A stretch of DNA of 63,973 bases, filler included, from Hyphochytrium catenoides (Eukaryota > Protista > Hyphochytriomycota), in the NCBI GenBank assembly GCA_900088475.1. It is 7 parts of 7 records of this genome, joined end to end, with 100 filler letters (N's around TTAATTAATTAA, not from the genome) between each part and the next. Parts side by side here need not be neighbours in the genome. Positions count along the whole stretch, not along the records: positions 28,906 to 60,565 come from FLMG01002689.1; positions 60,666 to 62,771 come from FLMG01000191.1; 5 more parts are not named here. The stretch is one strand, 5' to 3'. A program made the position numbers and the translations under genes. The notes under the pieces are model-generated. The model had not been told where the DNA came from and made no database searches. It saw only the letters and a list, made by a program, of their open reading frames with translations. Positions 49,510 through 62,871 of the stretch are shown here, one piece after another. Within the stretch, counting starts at the first letter, position 1. Each line of letters opens with the position of its first letter.

Positions 49510-51573
49510 GCCGCTCTCTTGGCCACTTAGCAAGCGTCCCTTTCGTTGAGGGCATATTCTTGGTCTGCTTGGAGCGGTGTCAGCTGCTACTTTCTCCAGA
49601 ATGTAATGCTCATGTCCTTCAGCGACTGAACGGCCTGTGTGATGCAGTGCGCAGACACAGACGAGCGACTGCTGCAGCTTTATATCTATGTTCTATATGT
49701 AATCAACCCCCCTATAAGCCGGAGTTATCGTCGGTAAAGTCTCTCACTGCGTGGACATGCTCGGCAAATCTGCCCGTTTGGGTCCCTATTGCCCTCCACC
49801 AAAGCTCTCCTCTCTCTCACTGTGGATCTCCGTCCAAGAATGTACGTTCTCCAATTTACATAGTAAATGTATAGATTATATAGCTGGTGAGAATGGAAGG
49901 ATTCTTCTTCTCCGAGTACTCCTTGAGTGGGGGAGGGATCTTTCATAGTCATGGTTCTTATGTAGCGGCAAACATTCATCATCAACGTGATGCGAATCTT
50001 TGGTCGGCTTTCCAGTTAAAGGTGGCTGACAAGACGAAGAGCATTGGGCTCTAGAGCTTCTATGACCTCTCTTATTATTGTAGCTCATGGAAGACTTGCC
50101 AGGTTAGCGTAGGAGGACTCATCAATGGACCTGGTTTAGCGATGTATCTCTGGCATTGACCCACCATTAATAGACCTGATCGCTGTCGTGGGGCGTGTAT
50201 ACACAGAGCACATGGGAACGCCTGTCCCTATTTTTGAGCGATGCGCTCTAAATAGCAAGGTCTTTGAGGGTCGCCGTTGGGCCCTGATGATAACTTACGA
50301 CGTAAGGTAGGGACGAGTCAGCAGAAGCTCCTCTATTGTCCTAAAACTACACCGCCTTTAACATCATATGCAATGCCAATGATGACTCGTCCCCTAGACT
50401 CCGGTAGACAACCTCGCCAACCACCACCAGAGAAGAACCCAGGCACACGTCCGAGGGTAAAAACCCTCGCATTCAAGGACGGAGACAAGCCTGACACACC
50501 CTCCTACCTACTGTGCAAGGCCGTCAGCTCAGCTTAGCCAGCTAATCAGCTCTGCATATCAGCAGCTCAACAACGTAAAGCTCCTCCCGCAACTTATCAC
50601 CAGCGTCAAACGCCGCGCATCAGCAACGGAGGAGAGAGGCAGCAGCGGCGGCTCATCAGCGACAAACTCTTCAGCTCCTCCTCCTCCTTCCCTCTCTTCC
50701 CTCCTAGGAACTACTGACACCTCTACTTCCCTGTAGTAGTTGTACGCCAGCTATCCATAGTTGTACTATAAGGTAAACCTGAACTCACGAACAAGATAGC
50801 CGCTAACGGGATACCTCGGGCCTTGTAACGGTGGAGGAAGAAAGGAGGACAGGAGGAGGGCTGATCATCAGGAGAAGGAGGAGGAGGAGGGACGGAGAAG
50901 AGAGGCTGGAAGATCTAAGGAGGTCATGATAGTAGATGATGCGGAGGATGAAGCTGGAAGAGGAGGAGAAGCTTCTTACCTTCGAAGGAAGGAGGCGGTA
51001 CCTACCTCCTATAAGAAAGAGAACAACGAGCAGGCAGGAGGAGGATGCCCTATCTATGGCGATAAGTCCCCTTCGGAAGAGTCTTTCGCTAGAGAAAAGG
51101 ATAGAATAGCTTGTTGCCCTCTAGGAGCAGCAGGAGGCGGCCACCGACCTTGGTGTACGTCGGAGCAGCAGCCATCCATTGGGAGGCAGCTTGCGGTCAC
51201 GCTGCTGCTGTGAAGTGGAACGTGAAAGAAAATGTCTATTCTGCCGTAGTGAGATCGTCGTACAACCAACAGTAATAGGGCTATTTGGGGTCACTGAAGG
51301 AGAGCGCCTTCAAGCTGCTGTCAAAAGAGCGACTGTAATGTGCCAGCGCAGAAGCTCATCAGGAGAAGATAATAAAATGAGGAGAAGATGCCCTCCTTAT
51401 TCGAGGACTAACAACAGCTGAGTAGGGGCAAGGAGTAGGATTTGCTGGTGTTTTCACACAGAGCGTGCGTAGTGCCGCTGGGCTGGGCCTCCTGTCGCTT
51501 CGCAGCGGCTGCCTTCCAGAGTTTATTCTCCTTGCTCTTCTCGTTGTGCTCGCTATACGAAGCCGCTCCTTCC

Positions 51574-54418
51574 ATGGGAAACAGTGCCTTACAGCCAGAG
51601 GTTGGAGGAACCCGAGGTCAGCCTCCTCAGCTCTTCGCTCCACGTCAAGGCCTTTCTATTACGCTTTTCTCCCTGCCTGGCTGATTCCTCCCACCACTAG
51701 AACTAGAACCGCCCCCCTCCCTATGTATCTACTATCTCTCATTCTCTCTCTCCCTCTCTCTGCCGTCGGGTTAGGAGAGCTCTTCAAAGATGGTTCACTC
51801 AAGGTTAATCTTTGCGGCCGAGGTATCAGCCTTGTCACTCCAACCACCATCGCCCAGCTACGAGGCGTCCAGTACGTTGACGTTGCCGAAAATGACATCT
51901 CAGCGCTGCCAGCGAGCTTTGGAACACTGAACACTCTCACGTAAGCGTCTGAGAATAGCTGATAAGCGTTCCAGCCTACCATCTTACCTTTTCTATCCGA
52001 CTAAGATCTCCTCCTTGTTGTCAATGTTGTCACCAATATTGCATGTTCCTCTGTCCACTGCATCAATATGTCAAGTCCATATCTTTGTCTTTTTCCCGTT
52101 TTACCGCCATGCACCTACAAGGCGGTGATGTCAAGACGGTGACGATGTCTCCCTCTGTCCTCTCTCTGTCTCTCAGATACCTCAACCTTAGCCACAACCA
52201 GCTCACAACCCTCCCGCTTTCATTTGGCTTGCTCGTTGGGCTCAAGCTTCTGGACCTCAGCAGTAACAAAATTCAGAAGCTGGAGGTATTCCTTCTTCGC
52301 TCTTGCATCCAAGTCTATACTACGCTTCCCGAGCCTGGGCTGGTCTTTTGTTCCGTTATTTGCTGCGTCTATCTATATGTTCTCTCTGACGACTGCTCTA
52401 TGACCTTATCAATGTAGGGCAACTTCTGTGACCTCTCTAGCTTGGAGAACCTCTGGCTAGACAGCAACGCGCTCACAGCCATTCCAGAAGACTTTGGAAA
52501 CCTGCGTGCGTTAAAGGTACTAAGGCTGCAGAAGAATAAGCTAACGGCGTTGCCCCGCTCCTTTATAGCTCTCGAAAGGTAAGTGTGGATGATTGACGGG
52601 GGAAATTGCTATGAGGAGATAGGTCAGTGAGCCATATAAGGCAATGGATCATGGTCGTTGAGAAGGGTGTGAGTTGTGAACTTCAAGAGCACGGGTTGAC
52701 CACCGCGCGGGCGGGTTGTTGGACATAGTAGAGGTTAACAGGATATGGAGAGGAGAATAAACAACCATATCGCCATGGACCAAGTGGACTACGGCTCCTC
52801 TTTCCAGGGTCGCCTTTAGTCTGTCTGTCGCCCTCCATCATATCATCAGGGTTTTTGCAACAACCCTTCTTTTGCGTCCTTCTCGTACTCTCTCCTGAGT
52901 CTTCTGGTCAGATCTTCTTTTGATGATAATTCTTATGGCCTCTTTTTCTTCAGCTTAGAGGATGCGGACATCTCAGACAATGTCCTGACAAAGCTCCCAA
53001 ATGTCCCGGGTAACCTTCGGGCGGTGAAGAGGCTGCACCTTGCCCGCAACCGGATTGAGAAACTGCCCGAGTCCTTTAGGGAATGGGAGGGGCTGCGGAT
53101 CTTCTCGTTCTCTTATAACAAGCTCAGCGACCTTCACGGCAAACTGAGAGGGCTGAAGGAGTTGGAATCGCTCTGTAAGATACCAGTTCCTACATCGAAG
53201 TACTGCTTGTATGTACATTTTTTTCTTCCTTATTTCTTCTCTTCTTGGTCTCTCTACTATCTCTTCTGTTTTGAAGTATTACGGCCAAGTGAACAAGCAC
53301 TGATGGTGCCCTCCGCTCCTCCGTCATCTCTCTACCCAGGTCTTGGAGGCAACAAACTTACAGGTTTGCCTGAGGAGATTGGGGCACTTCGAGATCTTCT
53401 CTCCCTATCTCTCTACAAGAACAGGATTTCATCGCTTCCTTCACAGCTTTTCCTGCTCGAGAGTCTTCTGGAGCTTGATCTGTCTGATAATAAGCTAAAG
53501 GAGCTTCCTGAAAGTGGATGGAAAGACCTGGTAAGAGCGAAGCGAAGGACCCGATATGTGTGGAGGGTTGATGCTTCTCACGGCATCGAGAGAGAAGAAA
53601 GGTAGAAGAAGAGAAAGGTTAGAGAGAAAGCGAGAAATCGATAGCGGGCGGTGAGAGGGAGCGAGGAAGGAAGGTAGCAGCGCAGCTCTCAGGCTCCTCT
53701 TTGTTTTATTGGGCTGATGAGCATCAGCCCCAGACAGCCAACGGCGCCCGGGGTTTGCTTCCATAGCGGCGTAACTTACTGTTACTACCTCCTCTTGCCT
53801 CTCATCAGGTGTCTCTTCGCTCTCTTCTTCTGACACGGAATCTGTTGAAGAGTCTTCCCGATGAATTTTGCGAGCTACCAGTGCTGACATCTCTCATTCT
53901 TGCCAACAATGGAATCCAAGAGCTTCCCGACACCTTCGGAAAGCTAAAGAGCTTAACCTATCTTAACCTCAGAAAGGTGGGTGGTGATTGATAAAGATAA
54001 AGAAGGCAAGCAGCCTGACGAAGAGCTGATATGAAGATGGAAGGAAGAATAAGAATACCACGCTGGGATCGTGGGTAGCAGCTGTAGTGTCATCTCCTTT
54101 CTCTTTACTGCCTCCTTCCCACGACCTGTTGTTGTCTTCACGCTTTCTCCTCACCCTTCCCTTCTTAGCATTAACCGCCATCTACATTCTCGGCAGAACC
54201 CAATCCTTGAGCTACCGGACTCTTTCTGCGAGCTAAGTGAGCTGGAGCAGCTCTCAGTGGAGGAGACGGAGATAAGAGAGTTTCCAGTCAACCTTCCCCA
54301 GCTTCAACGCTTGCAGCGATGCTGGATGCACCCGGGGGTGCTGGTGATTGCCTCCACGGAACACACAAAGTTCTTCAAAGGAAAGGGCATCGTGGACGGC
54401 TCAGGTCCACGACCTTAA
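51574..54418 (+). CDS. Leucine-rich-repeat protein (LRR-only, ~8 exons) with a predicted N-myristoylation start MGNSAL
   Basis: Approximate exons 51574-51616, 51775-51940, 52177-52284, 52418-52578, 52953-53174, 53340-53530, 53809-53976, 54196-54418. Repeated ~23-aa LxxLxLxxNxLxxLPxxF units, e.g. LNLSHNQLTTLPLSFG, LWLDSNALTAIPEDFG, LSLYKNRISSLPSQLF. Confidence 0.88.
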
Positions 54419-56333
54419 CATTGGAGACTGAGGATATGTAATGTAATTGAGGAGCGGCGTGGCACTGGAATAGAAGACATGACAGCGGCGCTTCCTTCTC
54501 CTCCCGTACGGCTACTGCTGCCGCGTGTGATTAGTTGCTTTCCCTTCATGAGTTCTTTGCTGAGATGGCGCAACAGCTCTTGGTTTTCCGGGTCTGACTG
54601 ACATCTGCCACCGTAGAAGTTAGAGTTATATTGAGGAAAGTAGCAGTAGCAGCGACCGTCTCTATTGAACTATTACTTTGATTTTGATTTCACATCATCA
54701 CCAGTGCATAGCTCCTACGTGATGGGCTCCTCATTTTCCTCCTTTATTTTTGCTACTATCGTCGTGCTTCTTCTGCCCTCCCCTGGTCCTACCTTAAATC
54801 AGCACTTGTTTGTTCTTCTTCCGAAGACCCTCCTCATTCTTCCCTAAGATGCATCATTATTATTGGTCGCCTCTGATCTGAGCTGACAGTAAGAGGTCTG
54901 ATAGCTTTTCCCTCCTTCTTCAATTATATTCAGACGAGTAGTCCTCCGAGACGTAGACTACATGATGCCGCCCTCGTCGCTCTGATTAGTAAGGGAACCT
55001 CTATGACCAAGCCCGTGGCGTCAGTCCGCCCTGTTGCGTTCATTTCTTTCTCTTCGCCTCCTCCAACAGCAGTTCTTCTTCTCGCCCCACCAACCTCATC
55101 ATCGTTCCATAGCCATCATCATTCATTATCATTCTGTAGCTATCGCCGTTGTTGAGCTGACAATAAATAGTAGTGAGCTTTGACAACGGTAATACCCCAT
55201 CTTCTTTATCTTCCTCCCCGTTACTTCTTGGCGTAGATCCCCCGCTCGCCAACGTAATGATAACACTAGCTGAAGCCTAGTAGTAGTGACTGTGCTTGTC
55301 GGTCCGCGGACCTTGCGCAGCAGCAGGACCACCATATTGATCTCTTTCTTCTTCTCTTGTTGTTCTTCCTTTCTCCTCCTCCTCCGCGCCGCCTCCACTA
55401 ACTCTTCTTCTTCCTCCCGCCGGTTGTTCTTCATCTCTTCTCCTTCTTCGTCTTCCTGCCAATGTCCATCCAGCGCTCAGCCTTGTAAAACGGTAGTGAG
55501 ATAGGAACCGAGGGGAAGCTCTTATTCTGATGGTCACCTAAGTCTTATGATGTCGGCATTCTGAATTAGTACGATAGGGTGATCCTGTAGTATTCCTGTA
55601 TCATTCCTGTCCCGTCGCCTGAAGTACTCTGACAAACCAGTCTGGATGGGTCCGTTCACATTTTGAATGGATGGACGGCAGACAAGGGCCAAACCGTGGC
55701 CCCACTGTAAACAGAGGGGACTCGAGAACTCCTACTAAGAGCTCAAACACCAGGCCTCACCATCGCTAAATGTGTCAGACGCGCCATTATGCCCCAAAAT
55801 GTATGGCTTTATAAGGGTTACCCACGTTTGACGTTTCTCCCGACGGGTTTGGAAGGGTTGGGCTGATTAGAGTGCTTAGTAGGTACAGAAATACCCCAGG
55901 ACAAGATACAGAGGAACCCCTGGAGCTGCCGCAAACTCTTTTACATTTTTACGCAGCTTCTGATCTCTAAAATTGTCATCACCTCATCATCCATCAGCTG
56001 CTGAATCTCCGTCATCGTGATTGACCCGCTGCTGGGCATCTCTATCTGGCTCTCGTTGTGACCAACAGGCAATACAATCTACTCCTTCAAACCACTCTTC
56101 TCTTCTCACGTGCCACGTGCCACTATCCTGAGACGTTCCACATTCTGATTCTTTGCAATTACTTTCTTTCTGATTAAATGGTCTGCCACATACATCGGTT
56201 CTTATCAAAGCGCCATTCGCTTTTGGTTGCCACGGGAGCAGACGAAGGGGTCGTACGTGGAACAAGTTGAGAGGACTGTCTGCGTTCAAGAAAACCTTCT
56301 TGTGAACATAGCTGTCGATCGAACCCTCTGGAC

Positions 56334-59300
56334 ATGATGATGGAGTTGGAGGACTTCATTCGCCAAGTAAAGGTTGAGCTCAGTACCAAGCGGCCACAGG
56401 AGATCGAAGCCGCACGCCGATTGAGAGAGAGAGACAGGGAAGAAGAAGAGAAAATTGCCGCTGTAGCGTTAGAGAAGCTTCAGTACGACTTTCCCGAGCT
56501 ATACCTAGAAGAACTCCGAGCTCTGCGAGAGAAGCTGGCCACCACTCTGCTTCCTTTCAGCGCTCGAAACTGCACCAAGGTACGGATTCTTCCACCCAAG
56601 GGAGAGCGGTAGCATCCCTCTTTCGCAAGCTATCCTTAATGCCCCTTGGCCACTCCACCTCCCATCTATCTTCAGGAACTTGCCTCTGGCCTCTGTCCTC
56701 TGGCTCTATTCTTCTCTCTTCCTCCTCCTCCTTCTTTGTGCCATCTCTACAGTTCTTCCCCACGCCGAGGCTCCTTGATCCTTGCACTTCTCTAAACTCA
56801 TGATCGCAAACCAAACACTTTGTCATGGTTGTACTTGAGAAGGCTCCTTCTATCCCTGCCTCCATCAATTTTATCCTGAAGGTTTGCCTCCTACCCTCTC
56901 CTTCGAGGGCCCGCCTTCTCCTATTCTCACTCTCTTTCAGTCTTTCACGTACTCTACTGTTTTCCTCCTTATCTCTCTCGAATATGTAGAGCAGACCGCT
57001 GGATGGCTGGACGGAAGATGGCACCCTCATTAGCTGGCCGTCGTTTCACCTCTCTGACAAGCTGCTGGACGGGCTATTCTACCTCAATGACAGCACTGGG
57101 AACACAGAGAGAGGTGTCTTCCCTTTCCATCTTTCTCTCTCGTCATCTTGGGAATTATGTCACTGTTCTGAAACATCTTCATCACCTTCATCTGCCCTGT
57201 TCGTGCGTCTCCAAAGGACCCCTACCTTCTATCTTAGAGTTTGTTTAGCATGAGATAGAGTCTAACGATATTTTATGCGCTCGCTCTAGACCAGGAAGCT
57301 AGCTCAGTCCTAGCCTTAATCCTTCTGCCATATCTCCTGCTGCTGCTTAGGTAATGCCACCTTCTCGTCATTTCTGTATGTATATCAATCTCCTGCCTCA
57401 TGTTTTTGGAACAATGCGGCACATTCTTGATCCCTTCAGTCGTCTCTGAAACATGTGGGAGTCGTGAATTTTCCCCCCCTAGGCCACCTTCTACTTCTCT
57501 CCCGGCTCTTTCTCTCTCAATTCTCTCTTTCATTCGTTCCCCAACCTGATCGATAGGAGTCTCTCTCTCACTATCTAACATTCAGTCGCTCTCATACGGG
57601 CACTGCTCCTACCATGTGGTGGCTTCCAAGATTCTCCTTGAAAATTTTGACGTGCGTCTAAAATGCCTGTGTATAGACTTCCCCCTGTGCAGTTGGCACG
57701 GGCGCTTTGTCGCGTCTCTATGACAACATGCGAAGAGGAAGAGGCTTATCCTGACCCTGACGAGGAGCCTGAGGTCAAGCAAAGCATGGCCTGCCTTCGT
57801 CTTCCACTCTAGCCGTCTCTCCTCTCTTGTTCCTGTTCTTGGTCAAACAGACCAAAGCTTAGCTTCGTGACCGGTCTTCCCCTATTCTTCTTTTGTTGTC
57901 CACGATCCTCCCTGATAGGCTCATATAAAGTCCGTTCTTTTATCGTTCTGACTGTGAGGGAGAACTAGATACAGGGACCGGCCCTAGGCTTTGTTTGAGT
58001 AATGCTCATATCCTCTGTTCCTCCATCATCAGCTTTGCGTTTCCCCTTACTACTCCCCCTTACGAACAAATCCGACCCACCGTTCTCTTTCGTCCCCTCC
58101 TCAGCTACTCCACGTTTATGCTCTTGGTCTAACTTACCATTGTCTACACAGAGCGATTCAGAATCGCGGCTGGACCTAAAAGAGCGCTTCGCAGTCGAAG
58201 AGGATCCAGACGATTTTGTATATGAGGCGGAGGAGAGGAGACAAAATACGATGGCCTGGAGGAGGCACAGTCGCGAAATAGAGGAAGAGCTGCAAGAAGA
58301 GGGTGGCGATGATAAGAGAACGAGGAATGCCGAGCGGAAGCTTCTAAGCATAATGTAGGATGAGCTACTGCCCCTTAACATGCCACATCTATCTGTCTGA
58401 CCTCTCCCATTCTGCTACTGGTTGCCTTTTCTTCGCCCTTTGCCTCTTCTTTCTTTGCCTTCCGTACAATCGAACTCTCTGTATCTCCTTGCAAAGCGGG
58501 CTCCGTTATACTCTTGTCTACAGCTATGTCTAGTTCTTAGAGCCAGTTCCTACGAGTTAGTGGCTTCTCTCTAGGCTCAATATTTAGTAACCCTCTGCGT
58601 CATCCTCATTCCGCTGCTTACTCGGGCTCCCACCTTCCCAAGCTCCCGGGTAACATACCCGCGCCTTTCGAAGGTACCCAGTGGCCTATGGAGACGATTC
58701 AGACTGAGTGCTACCATAGGGAGAATTATTGAAGAGCTACAAAGCCGGAACGTGGTGAGACCGGAGTCAGACAAACCAGAAGAGACGTCCACGTCCTTCT
58801 TAGGTCAATCAAGCGCCTTTCTCTCTCTTCTTCAAAGTAGAGCATCTCATGTTCCAGAAGACCTTCCAGAGGTCATTGAATTAGTGGCTGAAAGCCTCTC
58901 TTGGACTCTGTCAGAGAAGTAAGGGCACCGCAAATTATCAATCTGTTGACAAAATTGTGGTATGCTTTTCTATTTGGTCGCTCTGATCTTCTTTACCTCT
59001 TTGTTTACTATTGTCTGCGTGATTGGGTGCCTACTTCCTATCTCGTTTCTAAACCTAATGCCTTAACAGAAGCGAGCTGCAACAGGAGAGCAAAGAAGGA
59101 TACCTGGCCGTATTAGTCAGCCTTGTAGAGATGGAGCAGGTATGAGAGTTGGTGGACGTCTCTCTCTCTCTTGTATATCACATGTGCTGACTGAATTTAC
59201 CATTCAGCTCCGACAAAGCAGCGTCCTCTACAATGCTGTCTTTCGGTTACAGGGCCAGGTAAGAGACTAGTCAAGGAAGTAAAAGGGCCGAAGCACAGGG

Positions 59301-60565
59301 AGAGACGTGAGAAGAAGTAAAGTTTATCTTATGGGCAAGAATGTCGCAATAATTGGATGCTAGACGCTACAGGTTTTAGAGGAGCGGATGGTAGACTGAG
59401 GAAGTTAAGCGTTCATAAGTGAAGGACAACCAGAAGGAGAAGAAGATTCATATCCTTTCCCCAGGTGGTTGATCGATGTAACGCTCTGGCTGCGCTCATG
59501 TGGGAGGCTGAGAACAGCAAGCAGGGAATGCCTTTGAGTGTCCCTAGGGACCATGAATTTTTCTCGTTGGTCCGAGTGACAAACTTCATCATTGAACGTG
59601 TAAGGCTTAGACCCCTAGAAGTCACTTCGACGGACTATGTTCTTTCTTTCGGCGCTCTTCATGAGCTCAAGCTCCTTTTCTTCACGATCTTTCTTGCCTG
59701 TATTGCCTTACAAGGTTGTTTGTGTCAGCCCCTATGAGTACTCATGGGCAGACGGCCCAGCTCCTCCAGATCTGCTTACATTTCTACATTAGGCGTTATT
59801 GTATGGTAGGGGTGCGAGCGTTATCAGTGACCTTCATGCCAGAGGACAAGTTCGAAGCTTGCTTCAGGTAAGGTAGGAAGAGCCAGAGGGAGTTTACGCA
59901 GCGTTTGCTCCTTCAATGAGCGTGGTGTTTTGCGATCTCTTTGGGCTGGCGCGTCTGGATAATAAGTCTAAGACTTTCCCGTTTCTTCCAGGGTCTGAGC
60001 TATTATGAAGGGCACCAAGAGGCTCAAGGATGGGTTCAAAAGGGCCTCGCTTTGTGTTCGCTCCATTCGTCGGAAGTTGCTTCTTACGTTTACTACGCAG
60101 CCAGCAGTTCGCTTGCCTTGCAAACCCAGGTGACTCCTACAGAGACTCAGGACGGAGAGACAAGCGGGGATCACTCAGAGCGATGGAATGTCTGTCTTCG
60201 CATTGCTCTATATGCTCACGTCTCAGCTTCCCAAAGTACCGCGTGGGTGGATGCGTTAAAAGGTCTTCTCGTAACAAGAAGCATGGCGGCAAGGGTAAGT
60301 GACTCATAGCTATTGAACTTTGAATCACTTATGGAAAGATACAGAGAGGGCGATTGGTGGAGTGAAAGGAGTTGGAGCAGGAAAGGAATTTTCGTTATTG
60401 GCAAAGGAAGAGCCGAGGCAGGAACAATCATACAGAGAATTCATCTGCCCATTCAGCCAAAGGCAGAGGATCAGGAGGGGTCATGGGAGGCTGTACCGGG
60501 AATCAAGTGCCGCTAGTGGAAAGAGAGAGCTCATTCCATTTGTCTGACGTCTCCCTTGCAGGTTG
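56334..60565 (+). CDS. Multi-exon hypothetical protein (largely helical), probably running off the scaffold end
   Basis: A series of open, GT-AG-bounded, non-repetitive segments, e.g. 56334-56578 (MMMELEDFIRQVKVEL...NCTK|GT), ~56989-57112, ~58152-58353, ~58575-58918 and ~59992-60294. No family recognised; start and exon set uncertain. Confidence 0.55.
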
Positions 60566-60665
60566 NNNNNNNNNNNNNNNNNNNNNNNNNNNNNNNNNNN
60601 NNNNNNNNNTTAATTAATTAANNNNNNNNNNNNNNNNNNNNNNNNNNNNNNNNNNNNNNNNNNNN
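60566..60665. other. Artificial scaffold-concatenation linker
   Basis: Same N44-TTAATTAATTAA-N44 structure. Confidence 0.97.
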
Positions 60666-62239
60666 CTCCTCGCTGCCAGACTGTCTTTGCCCTTTCTTGC
60701 TCTGGCTCTCATACTCCTCCGTAGTCAGTCCTCCACCGCTTCATACCATATCTGTCTCTGATGCTGGTTCTGACCTTCCCATCTCCGGTACCCTGTGATT
60801 CATTTCTTCGCCTGTCATAGAAGCAGCAGCAGCAAGCGCCCATCATCCTCACGTCTTGATCAATCTCTTGGGTCCAGATCTCAAGTCGGTGGGTGGGAGA
60901 TAAGAGTTGTTACATCAACCAACTTCCTTAACCGTTTCTACAGAAGACTGGTAGCTGTGCGGGGTGGGTGGGATGTCTAGTTGATGATCCGTTACAAACC
61001 TGCTCGCATCAGAAATAAGATGTGCTCCTCCTCCACTTCCCACCAGCAGTGCAGTGCAGTAGTAATTCTATTGATTGTTCTCTCTTTCGCTCTCTTCGCT
61101 GCCTCTCGTTCAGGTCTCAACACTCCTTCTTCTTCCTCTCATGTCTCTCTTTCTCTCAAATGTTTACTTGATGGTCTTGAATAACCTCGTCCTGGCCGTC
61201 CACTCCTGAAACTCCATCTCTTCTTCGGGGGTTGTTGGGATTGTTGTTGTGTTCTTTGTGCTGAGTTTTTGTTGATTCTGATCTTCATTCTCGGTCTGGC
61301 TTCATCTGTCCTCGCCGCATAAGATCAGTCAGCTTAAAGCTGCCTTTGTCTAATAAGTCAGGTTTTCAGCAGACTAATGGTCGGTCCTGGTTGTTCCTAG
61401 TAGCTACGACGCCGCCGTCATTATTAGAGGCTTGAGAAGCTTCACCACTAGTGTTATACTTTTAGAACGACCTGGAATGATGACGATTTAGGAGTCTGCT
61501 TGTCCATCATTATATCTTCCCGATCTAGAACTGAAAGTATGTACGTCGTTCACGAGTACCGCCCACTCTATACAATATTCCGTGTGAGAACAAGAAGCCG
61601 CCATTGAAGGGAGGGACGAGCACGTAGTATTATGAGGCTGCGCTTGGACGTTATAATAGCGGCAGATGATGTGAAAGTGCACCTGCAGATCCGACCGACA
61701 AACAGAAAATGGGACAACCCTATTACCACTCTTGACTCTTTTAGAGTTGCATCCCACTAATAGCAATAATAATAATAACGTAGTAAGTACTCCTAGTTGT
61801 TTTTCTGGAGAATTTTATTTTGCGAAAGCCACCGCGGGCTGCCGAGGTATACAAGAGCACCAGCACTAGCAACAAGAGCTGCAACAAGACAGACATCACT
61901 ATAGCTGCTCCTACAACTTTCTTGCGCGCCCGACGATGATGAGAAGGAGTCTAGGAGGAGCGAGGGCGGCGGCAGCAGGCAGTTATAATTACTACTAGTA
62001 GTAGTGCTCATTGTATTTTAGTCCTCCGCCATCCAAATTTATTATGGCCCCCGCCGGACTACTGGCGCTGCTGCTGCTGCTGAAAGAACGGGTCTTTCTG
62101 CAACAAACCCCTGCATTAACCGAGGGCCCATCCTCAAATGTGATGAAGAAGTTGATCAAAAAAGAAACCTCAAGACAAATGCTTGATTACATAGACAAGG
62201 GGTTAGCGGTTCTTGTTTCAGGCAGGTTTGAAAAAGATT

Positions 62240-62312
62240 CGTCCACGGTGAGACTCGAACTCACAACCTTCTGATTAGAAGTCAGACGCGCTATCCATTG
62301 CGCCACGCGGAC
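62240..62312 (-). tRNA. trnR-UCU: tRNA-Arg, anticodon TCT, intronless
   Basis: Reverse complement: GTCCGCGTGGCGCAATGGATAGCGCGTCTGACTTCTAATCAGAAGGTTGTGAGTTCGAGTCTCACCGTGGACG. It has a 7-bp acceptor stem (GTCCGCG/CGTGGAC), anticodon arm TCTGA-CT-TCT-AA-TCAGA and T-loop GTTCGA. No encoded CCA; a TTTTT Pol III terminator follows within a few nt. Confidence 0.97.
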
Positions 62313-62771
62313 CGGTTGATATCTTCGCAAGGTGGAACACTCAATCATGAGGTTAAACTCTGAACATCCTGCATGCGGTTGAAACTCAAAAGGACGCGGA
62401 ACTGTGAGATGAGACGGTTCGAGAAAGATCAGCAGATTGACAGATCTTGAGCTTGGGAGCTCTCAAACAAGTGCAGGTGCCGCGCGATGCAAAGGATCCC
62501 GATGCTTTATGCAAATGCCCATGCCAATACGTAACTGTGCTATCGCCTTTGTAGACTCCGTGAGGCTTTGAGGTTCTAGTTGGGTGCAGAGGACTATAGT
62601 GGACTACTAGATGTGTGTCTGTGTATTCTTCTTAGCCACTAGAGGTCACCACTGGCAACGTACGACTCCCAGGTGGTGATTCCAATGCTCGTCGGCGTAG
62701 CTTGAGATTTTCCCTTGTCGCATGAAGGACGCTATCCTGTCCCTAAATGGCAAGGAATTTCTTAACTTTAC

Positions 62772-62871
62772 NNNNNNNNNNNNNNNNNNNNNNNNNNNNN
62801 NNNNNNNNNNNNNNNTTAATTAATTAANNNNNNNNNNNNNNNNNNNNNNNNNNNNNNNNNNNNNNNNNNNN
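62772..62871. other. Artificial scaffold-concatenation linker
   Basis: Same N44-TTAATTAATTAA-N44 structure. Confidence 0.97.

Noticed and set aside
50540-51400. Possible minus-strand small-exon gene divergent from the LRR gene
   Set aside because: A few splice-like sites, but I could not build a coherent reading frame or recognise a product.
60666-62239. Short ORFs on scaffold 6 next to the tRNA
   Set aside because: Low-complexity, no motifs, and one overlaps the tRNA antisense; coding is not supported.
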